Assembly: GCA_032654565.1 (NCBI GenBank)
Contig: JAULAX010000017.1
Coordinates: 384,001 to 448,000 of the forward strand
Source: Anaeromyxobacteraceae bacterium
GTDB lineage: Bacteria; Myxococcota; Myxococcia; Myxococcales; Anaeromyxobacteraceae
Reading direction: 5' to 3'
DNA length: 64,000 bases
The notes beneath the pieces are model-generated. The model ran no database searches, had not been told where the DNA came from, and saw nothing but the letters and a program-made list of their open reading frames with translations. Each line of letters starts with the position of its first letter. The stretch's first letter is position 1. Below are positions 54,644-63,008 of the stretch, in pieces. A program made the position numbers and the translations under genes.

Positions 54644-55603
54644 TCAGGTGGCGTAGAAGTAGTAGAACTGGGGTTGGGTGGCGAGCTCCTCCTTGAAGAT
54701 GAAGACCCGCTTGGTCTCCATCACCTTGCGGATCTCGCTCTCCGGGTCGAGGAGGTTGCCGAACTTGCGCGCCCCCACCGGGCAGGCCTCGACGCAGGCG
54801 GTGTAGCGCCCCTGGCGCGACCGCTGGACGCAGAAGGTGCACTTCTCCACCACGCCCTTGGGGCGCGGGCGGTTGCCGAGGAAGTGCTGGACCGGGTTGA
54901 GCTCGGCGGCCGGCAGGTTGGGCTCGCCGAGGTTGAAGTGGCGGGCGCCGTAGGGGCAGGCCGACATGCAGCAGCGGCAGCCGATGCACCAGTCGTAGTC
55001 GATGACCACGATGCCGTCCGCCTGCTTCCAGGTGGCCTGGGTGGGGCAAGCCTTGACGCAGGGCGGGTTGCGGCACTGCTGGCACTGGACCGGGAAGTAG
55101 AACTTGCCGGGCTGGGGGACGGTGGCCGGGTCGTAGTAATGCTCGGCGTGGGTCAGGTCGACGCCGTGCTCCTTGTCCATCTCCAGCACCCGGATCCAGT
55201 GGATCTGCGGCCGCTCGCGGGACTGGTTGTTCTCCTTGACGCAGGCGTAGACGCAGCGCCGGCAGCCGATGCAGCGGGAGAGGTCGAGGCCGTAGCCGAA
55301 CACCACGCCCGGCAGCGGCCCCTCGGCGGTGACGGTGGTGTCGCGCCCCCAGGTGGCCTTGTTGGTGGCCTCCACCTTCTGCAGCACCCGCTTCAGCGCC
55401 GGCCCGCTCAGTTCGTTGAAGTGGCGCCGGAAGAAGTCCTCGGTCGAGAACCCCTTGCAGCCGGCCAGCGAGGCCAGCGCCGCGCCCGCCGCCGCGGTGC
55501 GCAGGAAGGCCCGGCGCTCCGGGTCGAGGCCCGGCTCGCGGAGGTCGGGCGCCAGGTCCACCGGGCCGGCGGGGAGCACCGGGAGCGGCCGCGGGGGGCT
55601 CAC
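54644..55603 (-). CDS. Tat-exported NrfC/DsrO-like 4Fe-4S protein
   Basis: RRAFL Tat motif; CIGCRRC..AC, CQQCRNPPCVKACP, CIGCRCCMSACPY and KCTFC...ACVEACP. Confidence 0.92.
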   Translation of the reverse strand: MSPPRPLPVLPAGPVDLAPDLREPGLDPERRAFLRTAAAGAALASLAGCKGFSTEDFFRRHFNELSGPALKRVLQKVEATNKATWGRDTTVTAEGPLPGVVFGYGLDLSRCIGCRRCVYACVKENNQSRERPQIHWIRVLEMDKEHGVDLTHAEHYYDPATVPQPGKFYFPVQCQQCRNPPCVKACPTQATWKQADGIVVIDYDWCIGCRCCMSACPYGARHFNLGEPNLPAAELNPVQHFLGNRPRPKGVVEKCTFCVQRSRQGRYTACVEACPVGARKFGNLLDPESEIRKVMETKRVFIFKEELATQPQFYYFYAT

Positions 55604-56244
55604 GGGCGCACCTCCTCGGGGCGGCGGGGCCTGGGCTCGGGCTTGATCCTCTCCAGGGTCGGCATCACCAGCAGCTTCCCGTCCACCATGGACTCCTTGA
55701 CCCCCTTGAAGAGCGGGGTGTGCGGGTTGTGGCAGTTCACGCAGAGGAAGGTGGTCCTGGCCCCGTCCCAGTTGCCGATCCGCTTGCCGTGCACGCCGAC
55801 GCGCCAGTCGCGCAGCTTGTCGCCGTGGCACTGGCCACAGAGCCGGTAGGACTCGGTGAAGGGGACCAGGTCGCCGTTGGTGAGGTGGAGCTGGTCGCGC
55901 CGCTGGGCGTCATGGCAGTCGAGGCACCAGCGGTGCTCGGCGTCGTGGGCGAAGACCGACTGCTGCTCGTCGTGGAAGCCGAGGTCGCGGCGCGCCGTGT
56001 TCACCTTCTCCTTCCCATCGTGGCAGCCGCTGCACGGGAAGATCCCCTCGGTGAACGGGGGCGAGGTGGCCTGGATCACCTGGGCGGCGGCGGCGGGCTT
56101 CTTCGCCGCCGTGGCGGGCGCCGCGGCTCCGGCCTTCGGCTCGGAGGAGGAGGCGGCGGCCGGCCACCCGGTCAACAGGGCCAGCGCCAGCAACGGCGCC
56201 AGTCGGGGGCGCCTCGAAGAGCGGGTGAACCACGTCGGTCGCAT
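55600..56244 (-). CDS. Tetraheme cytochrome c
   Basis: Signal peptide and four CxxCH motifs (CSGCH, CLDCH, CGQCH, CVNCH). Confidence 0.9.
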   Translation of the reverse strand: MRPTWFTRSSRRPRLAPLLALALLTGWPAAASSSEPKAGAAAPATAAKKPAAAAQVIQATSPPFTEGIFPCSGCHDGKEKVNTARRDLGFHDEQQSVFAHDAEHRWCLDCHDAQRRDQLHLTNGDLVPFTESYRLCGQCHGDKLRDWRVGVHGKRIGNWDGARTTFLCVNCHNPHTPLFKGVKESMVDGKLLVMPTLERIKPEPRPRRPEEVRP

Positions 56245-56294
56245 GCGGCCTCCAGTCCAGGCTGGAGGGTACCTCCCCGAGGGGGGTCCGCCGC

Positions 56295-56308
56295 TTGCGC
56301 GCGATCAA
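56295..56308 (-). promoter_or_regulatory. FNR/CRP-type box upstream of the cytochrome operon
   Basis: TTGCG-CGCG-ATCAA versus consensus TTGAT-N4-ATCAA. A minus-strand TACCCT at 56271-66 gives class II-like spacing. Confidence 0.45.
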
Positions 56309-56366
56309 CTCGCAGGTTCACTCTTGGGTAGCAACAGGGGAATTCGCCCCGTTCCAGCCCTCCCCT

Positions 56367-57611
56367 TCACGCCCGGACGGTCGACCGCCGGCGCGTCACC
56401 GCCACCATGCCCAGCAGCACCACGATGCCGACGCCGGTCAGCGCCACGTCGGCGACGAGGCTCCCACGGACGCCCAGCCCGGGCAGCCGCGAGCCCCAGC
56501 CGTCGAGCGTGGTCACGTAGCTGCTGGCCAGGTTGGCGATGGCGATGAAGGCGGTGTACTTGGTGGCCGCCCCGGCGCCGCTCCCGCAGAGCTCGAGGAT
56601 GAAGGCGGCCAGGGTGGCGAAGGCGATGCCGTTGGTGAAGGAGTAGAGCAGCACGCCCCAGGTGTAGGTGGTGGCGTTGAGCGGGGCGAAGAACATCGCC
56701 AGCGCCGTCCCCGCGGTCAGCGCGCCGGAGAGGGCGTAGGCCAGCCGCCGGTTCATCCGGTCGGCCAGCGCCCCGCCCACCAGGGCGCCCAGCGCCCCCA
56801 CCACGCCGCCGCCCAGCCCGTTGACCATCGCCACCAGGTCCTCGCCGGCCTGGTACTCGGTGGCCATGGCGGTGAAGAGGTTGGTGAGCGCCCCGGCCCC
56901 CACCGGCATGGCGCAGATCACCAGGCCGGTCCAGCCGTCCCGGCTGGTGACGGTCCGCCAGACGTCGCCCAGCACCTCGCCGAGGCGTGAGGCCACGTCG
57001 GCGAGCCAGCCCCGGCTGGTGGCCACCACCGCGGTGGCCACCTCGTGGATGCGCAGCGCCGGCAGGAGCGCCAGCAGGGTCACGCCGGCCAGCACCAGGC
57101 CGGCCACCGGCACCGAGCCGGTCACCTTGGCGACCCAGAGGGCCAGGGCCCCGAGCACGCCGGTGAAGCCGACGTTCCCGGCCATGCGGTAGCCGCCGGC
57201 CTTGCCCTTGTCCTCGCCGCGGGTGGTGATGGCCATCAGGCCGTCGGCGGCCGCCGCCGAGGTGGTCCCGGCCACCTGGGCGATGGCCGCCAGCGCCGTG
57301 TAGGTGACCAGGTGGTGGCCCGGGTCGGGGAAGAAGGCCAGCACCGCCAGCGCCACCGCGGTGAGCACGGTGGTGGCGACGTACCAGCGCTTGCGGTGGC
57401 CGCCCAGGTCCACCAGCGGCGCCCAGAGGAACTTGAAGGCGTGCGGGGTGTTGGCGATGCCGGAGATGGTCCCGATGGCCGCCAGCGAGACGCCCTGCGC
57501 CTCCAGCCAGAAGGGCGCGGCGATCGACACGTAGCCGACCGCCGCGCCGAACGGCAGGATGGTGAAGGCGAAGAGGGACGGCGGTGTCGGGCGGGCGCGT
57601 TCGGACACCAC
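56367..57611 (-). CDS. MFS transporter, AmpG-like
   Basis: About 12 TM helices; P.AFKFLWAPLVD and AATKYTAF motifs. Confidence 0.85.
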   Translation of the reverse strand: MVSERARPTPPSLFAFTILPFGAAVGYVSIAAPFWLEAQGVSLAAIGTISGIANTPHAFKFLWAPLVDLGGHRKRWYVATTVLTAVALAVLAFFPDPGHHLVTYTALAAIAQVAGTTSAAAADGLMAITTRGEDKGKAGGYRMAGNVGFTGVLGALALWVAKVTGSVPVAGLVLAGVTLLALLPALRIHEVATAVVATSRGWLADVASRLGEVLGDVWRTVTSRDGWTGLVICAMPVGAGALTNLFTAMATEYQAGEDLVAMVNGLGGGVVGALGALVGGALADRMNRRLAYALSGALTAGTALAMFFAPLNATTYTWGVLLYSFTNGIAFATLAAFILELCGSGAGAATKYTAFIAIANLASSYVTTLDGWGSRLPGLGVRGSLVADVALTGVGIVVLLGMVAVTRRRSTVRA

Positions 57612-57616
57612 GCCTG

Positions 57617-57805
57617 CTACTTGGTCTTCAGCTTGTCGATCTCGGCGTTCTGCGACGCCACCAGCTTCTCCAGCCGGCGGATGTCCTCGCGGCGGGTGGC
57701 CAGCTCGGCGTCGAGCTGGACCTTCTCGTCGCGCAGCTTGAGGTACCCGTTCATCAGCCCCTGCACCTGGGCGACCAGCCCGGTCAAATCCTTGAGTTCC
57801 GACAT
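57617..57805 (-). CDS. 62-aa coiled-coil protein (ZapB-like)
   Basis: MSELKDLTGLVAQV...YLKLRDEKVQL...EIDKLKTK heptad pattern; GAAGAGG RBS. Confidence 0.55.
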   Translation of the reverse strand: MSELKDLTGLVAQVQGLMNGYLKLRDEKVQLDAELATRREDIRRLEKLVASQNAEIDKLKTK

Positions 57806-57985
57806 GGCGTGACCCTCTTCGGCGACGACGCCGCCCTCAGCCGAGGACGCGCGTCGGAGTGGAGGCGCCCCAGCCGCTGGGCCGGGGCGCGAGGGCGCGG
57901 AGACTCTCACGACGTGGCCGCCCGAGGCAAGGGCGCGGCCGCCGGGCGCGGCCACCGGGCGCGGCGAGGGGTGGCGGGGCCGGAC

Positions 57986-58246
57986 TCAGCAGGAGGCCGG
58001 TGAGGGCTGGAGGCGCCCGGCCTCCACCAGCACCTCGGCGAACCACTCTGCCAGGGCCTCCTCCCCGTACTGGTGCTCCAGCTCGAAGAGCACGGCCACC
58101 TCGTCCTGGTCGAAGTGGCGCGCCACCCAGCGGTCGAAGACGGGGGCGAGCGGCTCCCGCGGCAGCCCCATGACGGGCGGCGGCGGATCCTCGCGCATCA
58201 GCGTGACGAACTTGCGTCGGACCTGGTCCAGCTGGCGCGTGGTCAT
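57986..58246 (-). CDS. Hypothetical 86-aa protein
   Basis: G-rich RBS, GC3-rich frame, sigma54-like promoter upstream. Confidence 0.65.
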   Translation of the reverse strand: MTTRQLDQVRRKFVTLMREDPPPPVMGLPREPLAPVFDRWVARHFDQDEVAVLFELEHQYGEEALAEWFAEVLVEAGRLQPSPASC

Positions 58247-58270
58247 CCCCGTCCCCCTGCGCCGGGAGAA

Positions 58271-58286
58271 AGCATGCGGCGTGCCC
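58271..58286 (-). promoter_or_regulatory. Sigma54 -24/-12 promoter
   Basis: Minus strand GGGCACGCCGCATGCT = GGCAC...GG-N10-GC, 24 bp upstream of the ATG at 58246. Confidence 0.55.
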
Positions 58287-58492
58287 GCGGCCACGCCTGT
58301 GGTGGCGCCCCCTTGGGCGTGGGGCACCGGCCCCGTGGGTCGGCGCGCCTCCCCCTCCCGACCCCCTCCCGGAACCGGCGGCCCCCCCGGGGCCTCGGCC
58401 AGCCCCGGAGCCGCGGGCCCTCCCCCGATTGCGCCTCCCCCCACCCCATGCCACCGTCGGTGGCTCACCACCCTTCAGCGAGGTCGCCGCGC

Positions 58493-59584
58493 ATGGGCAA
58501 GAGGTTCCGGATCGCCATCAACACCGGCGGCGGCGACGCCCCCGGCCTCAACGCCGTCCTCTACGCCGTCACCATGGCGGCGCACGGACGCGGCTGGGAG
58601 GTCCACGGCATCCTCCAGGGGTACGCCGGCCTCTTCGACACCAGCAAGATCGTCCAGCTCACCCCGGAGAAGGTGGCCGGCATCATGGACCACGGCGGGA
58701 CCATCCTCGGCACCACCAACAAGGGCGATCCCTTCCGCCGCCCGCACGAGCGCCCCGACGGCACCGTCGAGTACCGGGACGACTCGGACAAGCTGGTGGA
58801 GAACTTCAAGCGGCTGGGCTTCGACGTGCTGGTGGCGGTGGGCGGCGACGGCTCGCTGAAGCTGGCCCACCGGCTCTCCGAGAAGGGGCTGCGGGTCATC
58901 GGGGTGCCCAAGACCATCGACAACGACCTGGCGCTGACCCAGCAGACCTTCGGCTTCGACACCGCGGTGACCACCGCCACCGAGGCCATCGACAAGCTCC
59001 ACTCCACCGCCTCGGCCCACGACCGGATCATGGTGGTGGAGGTGATGGGGCGCTACGCCGGCTGGATCGCCCTCCACAGCGGCGTCTCCGGCGACGCCGA
59101 CGTCATCCTCATCCCGGAGATCCCCTTCGACATCGAGAAGGTCTGCGAGCGCATCCTCGAGAACGAGGTCCGCGGCAAGCGCCACGGCATCGTGGTGGTG
59201 GCCGAGGGGGCCAAGGTGGGCGGGCAGCTGGTGACCCGGGAGAAGACCGACGAGGCGCGCGAGGAGGTGGTGCTGGGCGGCGTGGCCGAGTGGGTGGCCC
59301 GGGAGATCACCCGGCGCACCGGGAAGGAGACCCGCTCGCTGGTGCTCGGCCACCTGCAGCGCGGGGGCTCCCCCACCACCTGGGACCGGCTGCTGGCGCT
59401 CCGCTTCGGCGCCGCCGCGGTCCGCTTCATCGCCGATGGGCAGCGCAACGTCATGGTGGCGTGGCAGCCGCCGGACATGAAGGCGGTGCCCATCGCCGAG
59501 GTGATCGGCAAGACCAAGCAGGTCCCGGTGGAGTCGGACACCATCCAGACCTGCCGCGACCTCGGCATCTCGCTGGGGGACTGA
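58493..59584 (+). CDS. pfkA: 6-phosphofructokinase
   Basis: TGGGDAPGLN, GGTILGT, GGDGS, PKTIDND, EVMGR and LGHLQRGG motifs. Confidence 0.95.
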   Translation: MGKRFRIAINTGGGDAPGLNAVLYAVTMAAHGRGWEVHGILQGYAGLFDTSKIVQLTPEKVAGIMDHGGTILGTTNKGDPFRRPHERPDGTVEYRDDSDKLVENFKRLGFDVLVAVGGDGSLKLAHRLSEKGLRVIGVPKTIDNDLALTQQTFGFDTAVTTATEAIDKLHSTASAHDRIMVVEVMGRYAGWIALHSGVSGDADVILIPEIPFDIEKVCERILENEVRGKRHGIVVVAEGAKVGGQLVTREKTDEAREEVVLGGVAEWVAREITRRTGKETRSLVLGHLQRGGSPTTWDRLLALRFGAAAVRFIADGQRNVMVAWQPPDMKAVPIAEVIGKTKQVPVESDTIQTCRDLGISLGD

Positions 59585-59631
59585 CCGCGATCCGTCGCCT
59601 GGCCCGGGCCCGCCGCCGGGCGGCCCGAGGC

Positions 59632-60657
59632 CTACCGCTTCGCCGCCCGCCGCAGGATGACCAGCCCCGCCTTCAGGTCGCGAGGGAGCGGGGCCTCGAA
59701 GCGCACCGCCACCCCGGTGCGGGGGTGGGCGAAGCCGAGCCGCCAGGCGTGGAGCGCCTGCCGCCCGATGGCCGCCGCCGCCAGCCTTACCGGATCCTCC
59801 GGTTCGAGCCGCGCCTCGCGGCGCCGCCCGCCGTAGACGGCGTCCCCCAGCAGCGGGTGGCCGGCCTCGGCGAGGTGGACGCGGATCTGGTGGGTCCGCC
59901 CGGTCTCCAGCGCCACCTCCAGCAGCGCCGCCCCCTCGCCGAACCGCTCCTGCACGCGCCACCCGGTGACGGCCCGCCGGGTGCTGGCCACCCGGCCGGT
60001 GTAGCGGGTCCGATCGCGAGGGTGGCGGCCGTAGGGCGTGTCGAGCCGGCCGGTCCCGGCCGGGGCTCCGTGGACCAGCGCCAGGTAGGTCTTCTCCACG
60101 GTGCGGGCCTTGAAGGCGGCCTGCAGCGCCGCCAGCGCCGCCTCGCGCTTGGCCACCACCAGGCAGCCGGAGGTCTCCTTGTCGAGCCGGTGGACCAGGC
60201 CGAGGCGGGCCCCGCCCGGCGCCCCCTCCCCGAGCCGGTGCAGGAGGGCGTTGACCACGGTGCCGGCCGGCGAGCCCCGCGCCGGGTGGACCACCATGCC
60301 GGCGGCCTTGTCGAGCACCAGCAGGTCGGCGTCCTCGTGGAGCACCGAGAGCGGGAGGTCCTGCGCCACCAGCCCCGACGGCTCGGGGGCCGGCAGGGTG
60401 AGCGTCACCTCCTCGCCGCCGTGGAGCCGCGCCGAGGGGCGCGCCCCCCGGCCCGCCACCAGCACGTGGCCGTCGTCGATGAGCCGCTGGGCCCGGGCGC
60501 GGGTGAGCTCCGGCCAGAGCCGGACCAGGGCCAGGTCGAGCCGGAGTCCGGCCAGCGCCTCGGGAACCAGGGCGCGGCGCGGCTCGTCAGGGCGGGGGGC
60601 GGGGCGCTGGCGAGGGGCCGGGCCCGCGCGGGAGGCCGGTGGGCCGGGGCGAGCCAC
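59632..60657 (-). CDS. rluD: RluA/RluD-family pseudouridine synthase
   Basis: S4 domain; KAAGMVVHP, VHRLDKETSG, TGRTHQIRVH and QALHA motifs. Confidence 0.9.
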   Translation of the reverse strand: MARPGPPASRAGPAPRQRPAPRPDEPRRALVPEALAGLRLDLALVRLWPELTRARAQRLIDDGHVLVAGRGARPSARLHGGEEVTLTLPAPEPSGLVAQDLPLSVLHEDADLLVLDKAAGMVVHPARGSPAGTVVNALLHRLGEGAPGGARLGLVHRLDKETSGCLVVAKREAALAALQAAFKARTVEKTYLALVHGAPAGTGRLDTPYGRHPRDRTRYTGRVASTRRAVTGWRVQERFGEGAALLEVALETGRTHQIRVHLAEAGHPLLGDAVYGGRRREARLEPEDPVRLAAAAIGRQALHAWRLGFAHPRTGVAVRFEAPLPRDLKAGLVILRRAAKR

Positions 60658-60660
60658 CGA

Positions 60661-60927
60661 CTACCAGATCTTGGAGCGGATGCGCCCCTTGGGCTTCAGG
60701 ATCACGTCGACGACGGCGCGGTCGAAGAAGTTGGTGCGTGCCAGGACGTCGGGGGCGACCCGGGACTTGAACAGGTCGCGCCCCTCGGCCAGCTCGTCCT
60801 TGAGCACGTCGAAGAAGGTGTCCTGCTGGATGCCGCGGACCACCTTCTCCTCGTTGTAGAGGGAGATGTCCGAGCAGATGGCCCGGGCCAGCCGCATCGC
60901 CTGCTCGGGAGCCTCGATGAGCGCCAT
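60661..60927 (-). CDS. Small protein of unknown function (88 aa)
   Basis: A.RLARAICSDISLYNEEK...ELAEGR..F..RV pattern, which I recall from deltaproteobacterial proteins; GC3-rich frame. Confidence 0.75.
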   Translation of the reverse strand: MALIEAPEQAMRLARAICSDISLYNEEKVVRGIQQDTFFDVLKDELAEGRDLFKSRVAPDVLARTNFFDRAVVDVILKPKGRIRSKIW

Positions 60928-61006
60928 GTGGCCGATGGTACGAGAGCCCGCCGGTCCGGTCAACGAACTGGCCCGGCGCCCCGGCCCGGTGGAGCCGGCC
61001 GACGCC

Positions 61007-61879
61007 CTACCGCTTCGGCTCGGCCTCGCCGACCGTCACCATCCGGTCGAGGTAGGCGCGGGCCACCTTCTGGCCGTCGAGGCGCAGCTCGCGGGCCAGG
61101 CTCATGAGGATGCCGCGCAGGTAGACCGGGGCCGGGAGGGCCTTGAACCGGTCCAGCTCGATGTTCTCCAGGTGGTGGCGGGTGACCCGGGTCTTCTCCG
61201 CCAGCTGCTGCACCGTGAGCCCGCGGGACTCGCGGACCCGGCGCAGCATCTCGCCGGTCCAGGCGCCCCCCTCGGCCGGCTCCGGCGGGCCAGGGGCCGT
61301 CACCTCCCGATCGAGCAGGATGGGAGCGACCGGCCGGTTCAGGGCGATGGGAGGCGGCGCCACCGGGAGGGTGAGCGGGACGGGCGAGGGGGCCGCGGGC
61401 GGGCGCGGCGGCTCCGCGGTGGTGGCGGCGCTCTCGGCGCCCCGCTCCGGGGCCGGCGCCGGGGCCGGCGGTGGGGTCATGGCCGGCAGGCCCGGCGACA
61501 CCGGGCGCGGCTCGGTCGTCACCGGCTCGGGCTCCGGTGGGGGCCAGGTGGCCTGAGGGGGCGGGTGGACCGGCGTCGCCGCCGCCCGGCCGTCGGGCTC
61601 GGGCCCCGGCTCCGGCGCGGGTGCCGGCACCGGCGGCCGGACGCCGATCCGCTCGTCGTAGCGGGCCCGGGCGCTGGCGTCGAGCAGGACCGCCCTGGCC
61701 TCCTCGATCCGGCTGCTGAGCAGCGCCGTCTCCTCCGACGAGGCCAGCGTGTAGGTGGCCAGCGAGCCCGGGCCGTAGGCGGCGGCGGCCCGGTCGCAGG
61801 CGCGGGCGATCTCCTCGGCGGAGGCGTCCACCGAGACCTCGATGATCTCGTAGAGGGTCTGGTCGGAGAGCCGCTTCAC
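61007..61879 (-). CDS. DnaJ-like N-domain, Pro-rich linker and RodZ-type HTH protein
   Basis: LYEIIEVSVDASAEEI...LLDASARARYD; GEMLRRVRESRGL...LENIE...LPAPVYLRG. Confidence 0.8.
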   Translation of the reverse strand: MKRLSDQTLYEIIEVSVDASAEEIARACDRAAAAYGPGSLATYTLASSEETALLSSRIEEARAVLLDASARARYDERIGVRPPVPAPAPEPGPEPDGRAAATPVHPPPQATWPPPEPEPVTTEPRPVSPGLPAMTPPPAPAPAPERGAESAATTAEPPRPPAAPSPVPLTLPVAPPPIALNRPVAPILLDREVTAPGPPEPAEGGAWTGEMLRRVRESRGLTVQQLAEKTRVTRHHLENIELDRFKALPAPVYLRGILMSLARELRLDGQKVARAYLDRMVTVGEAEPKR

Positions 61880-62892
61880 GCCTGGTCCGCGACCTGCCCG
61901 GTGGCGTCGGCCTGGAGCAGCCGCTCGGCGATCCGCTCGAAGGCCTGCCCGGCCGGGACCTCCGGACGATCGACCAGCAGGGGGCGGCGGTGGCGCACCG
62001 CCCGCCACATCTCGTCGTCGTAGGCGATGGCGCCGAGGTAGTCCATCTCCAGCCCGAAGTACTTCCTCCAGGCGGCCACCACGGCGTGGCCCATCTCGGC
62101 GTCCTGCTGGGAGCGGACCTGGTTGACCACCAGCCGGGGGCGGAAGGCGGCCAGCTGCCTGGCGAGGTTGGCCCCCGCCTCCGGGTCGCGCTCCACCACC
62201 GAGGCCACCAGCTCCACCGGGCTGCGGAAGCTGGCGCCGTCCATCACCTGGCGCAGCAGCGCCTCGTAGCCGAAGACCTGGGAGACGTTCCGCACCCTCC
62301 GCCAGAAGGCGGCCTTGACGAAGCGGTAGGCGTTCTCCACCGCGGTCGGCTCGGGGACCAGCACCAGGATGCCGTGGTCGGAGACCAGGAAGAAGTCGAG
62401 CACGTTGGTGTGGGTCCCGGCGCCGAGGTCGAGGATGGCGTAGTCGACGTCCAGGGCCTGGACGTGGCGCAGCAGCCTCATCTTCTGGGCGTGCTTGGGG
62501 GTGGCCGCCTCGAGGCTGTCGAGGGCGCCGGAGACCAGGCCGAGGTTGGGGATCCCGGTCGGCGTCACCACGTCCTCCAGCCGCTCCACCTTGCGGTCGA
62601 TGAAGTCGGAGAGCGTGCCGCGGGGCAGGTCGAGGCCGAGCGTGGTGTGGAGGTTGGCGCCGCCCAGGTCGGCGTCCACCAGCACCACCCGCTTGCCGCG
62701 GCGGGCCAGGGCGATGGCCAGGTTGGCCGAGATCAGGCTCTTGCCGATGCCCCCCTTGCCGCCGCCGACCGAGAGGATGCGGCGGGCGCGCGGACCGGGG
62801 GTCTTCGCCCGGGCGGGCGCCCGCGGCGGAGGGGAGAGGTCCAGCTGCAGCCCGGACGGCTGGACCAGCTTGAGGATCGGTCCTTCGGCCAT
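61876..62892 (-). CDS. MinD/FlhG-like ATPase
   Basis: GGGKGGIGKS, VDADLGGANLH, LDLGAG, PEPTAVENAY and VVNQV motifs. Confidence 0.9.
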   Translation of the reverse strand: MAEGPILKLVQPSGLQLDLSPPPRAPARAKTPGPRARRILSVGGGKGGIGKSLISANLAIALARRGKRVVLVDADLGGANLHTTLGLDLPRGTLSDFIDRKVERLEDVVTPTGIPNLGLVSGALDSLEAATPKHAQKMRLLRHVQALDVDYAILDLGAGTHTNVLDFFLVSDHGILVLVPEPTAVENAYRFVKAAFWRRVRNVSQVFGYEALLRQVMDGASFRSPVELVASVVERDPEAGANLARQLAAFRPRLVVNQVRSQQDAEMGHAVVAAWRKYFGLEMDYLGAIAYDDEMWRAVRHRRPLLVDRPEVPAGQAFERIAERLLQADATGQVADQA

Positions 62893-63008
62893 GGGCGAGA
62901 CTCTACGCCCGGGGAGTCGGGAGGTCCAAGAACTGCGCCCCCTTGGACCCGTTCCGGGATCGCCCCATTTGAGCCTCGACAGGTGCGGCGGACCGTCGCC
63001 CCAGCCGG

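Noticed and set aside
57806..57985. 6S RNA or riboswitch near the ZapB-like gene
   Set aside because: Only generic GC-rich pairing; no recognisable consensus and no zapA nearby.
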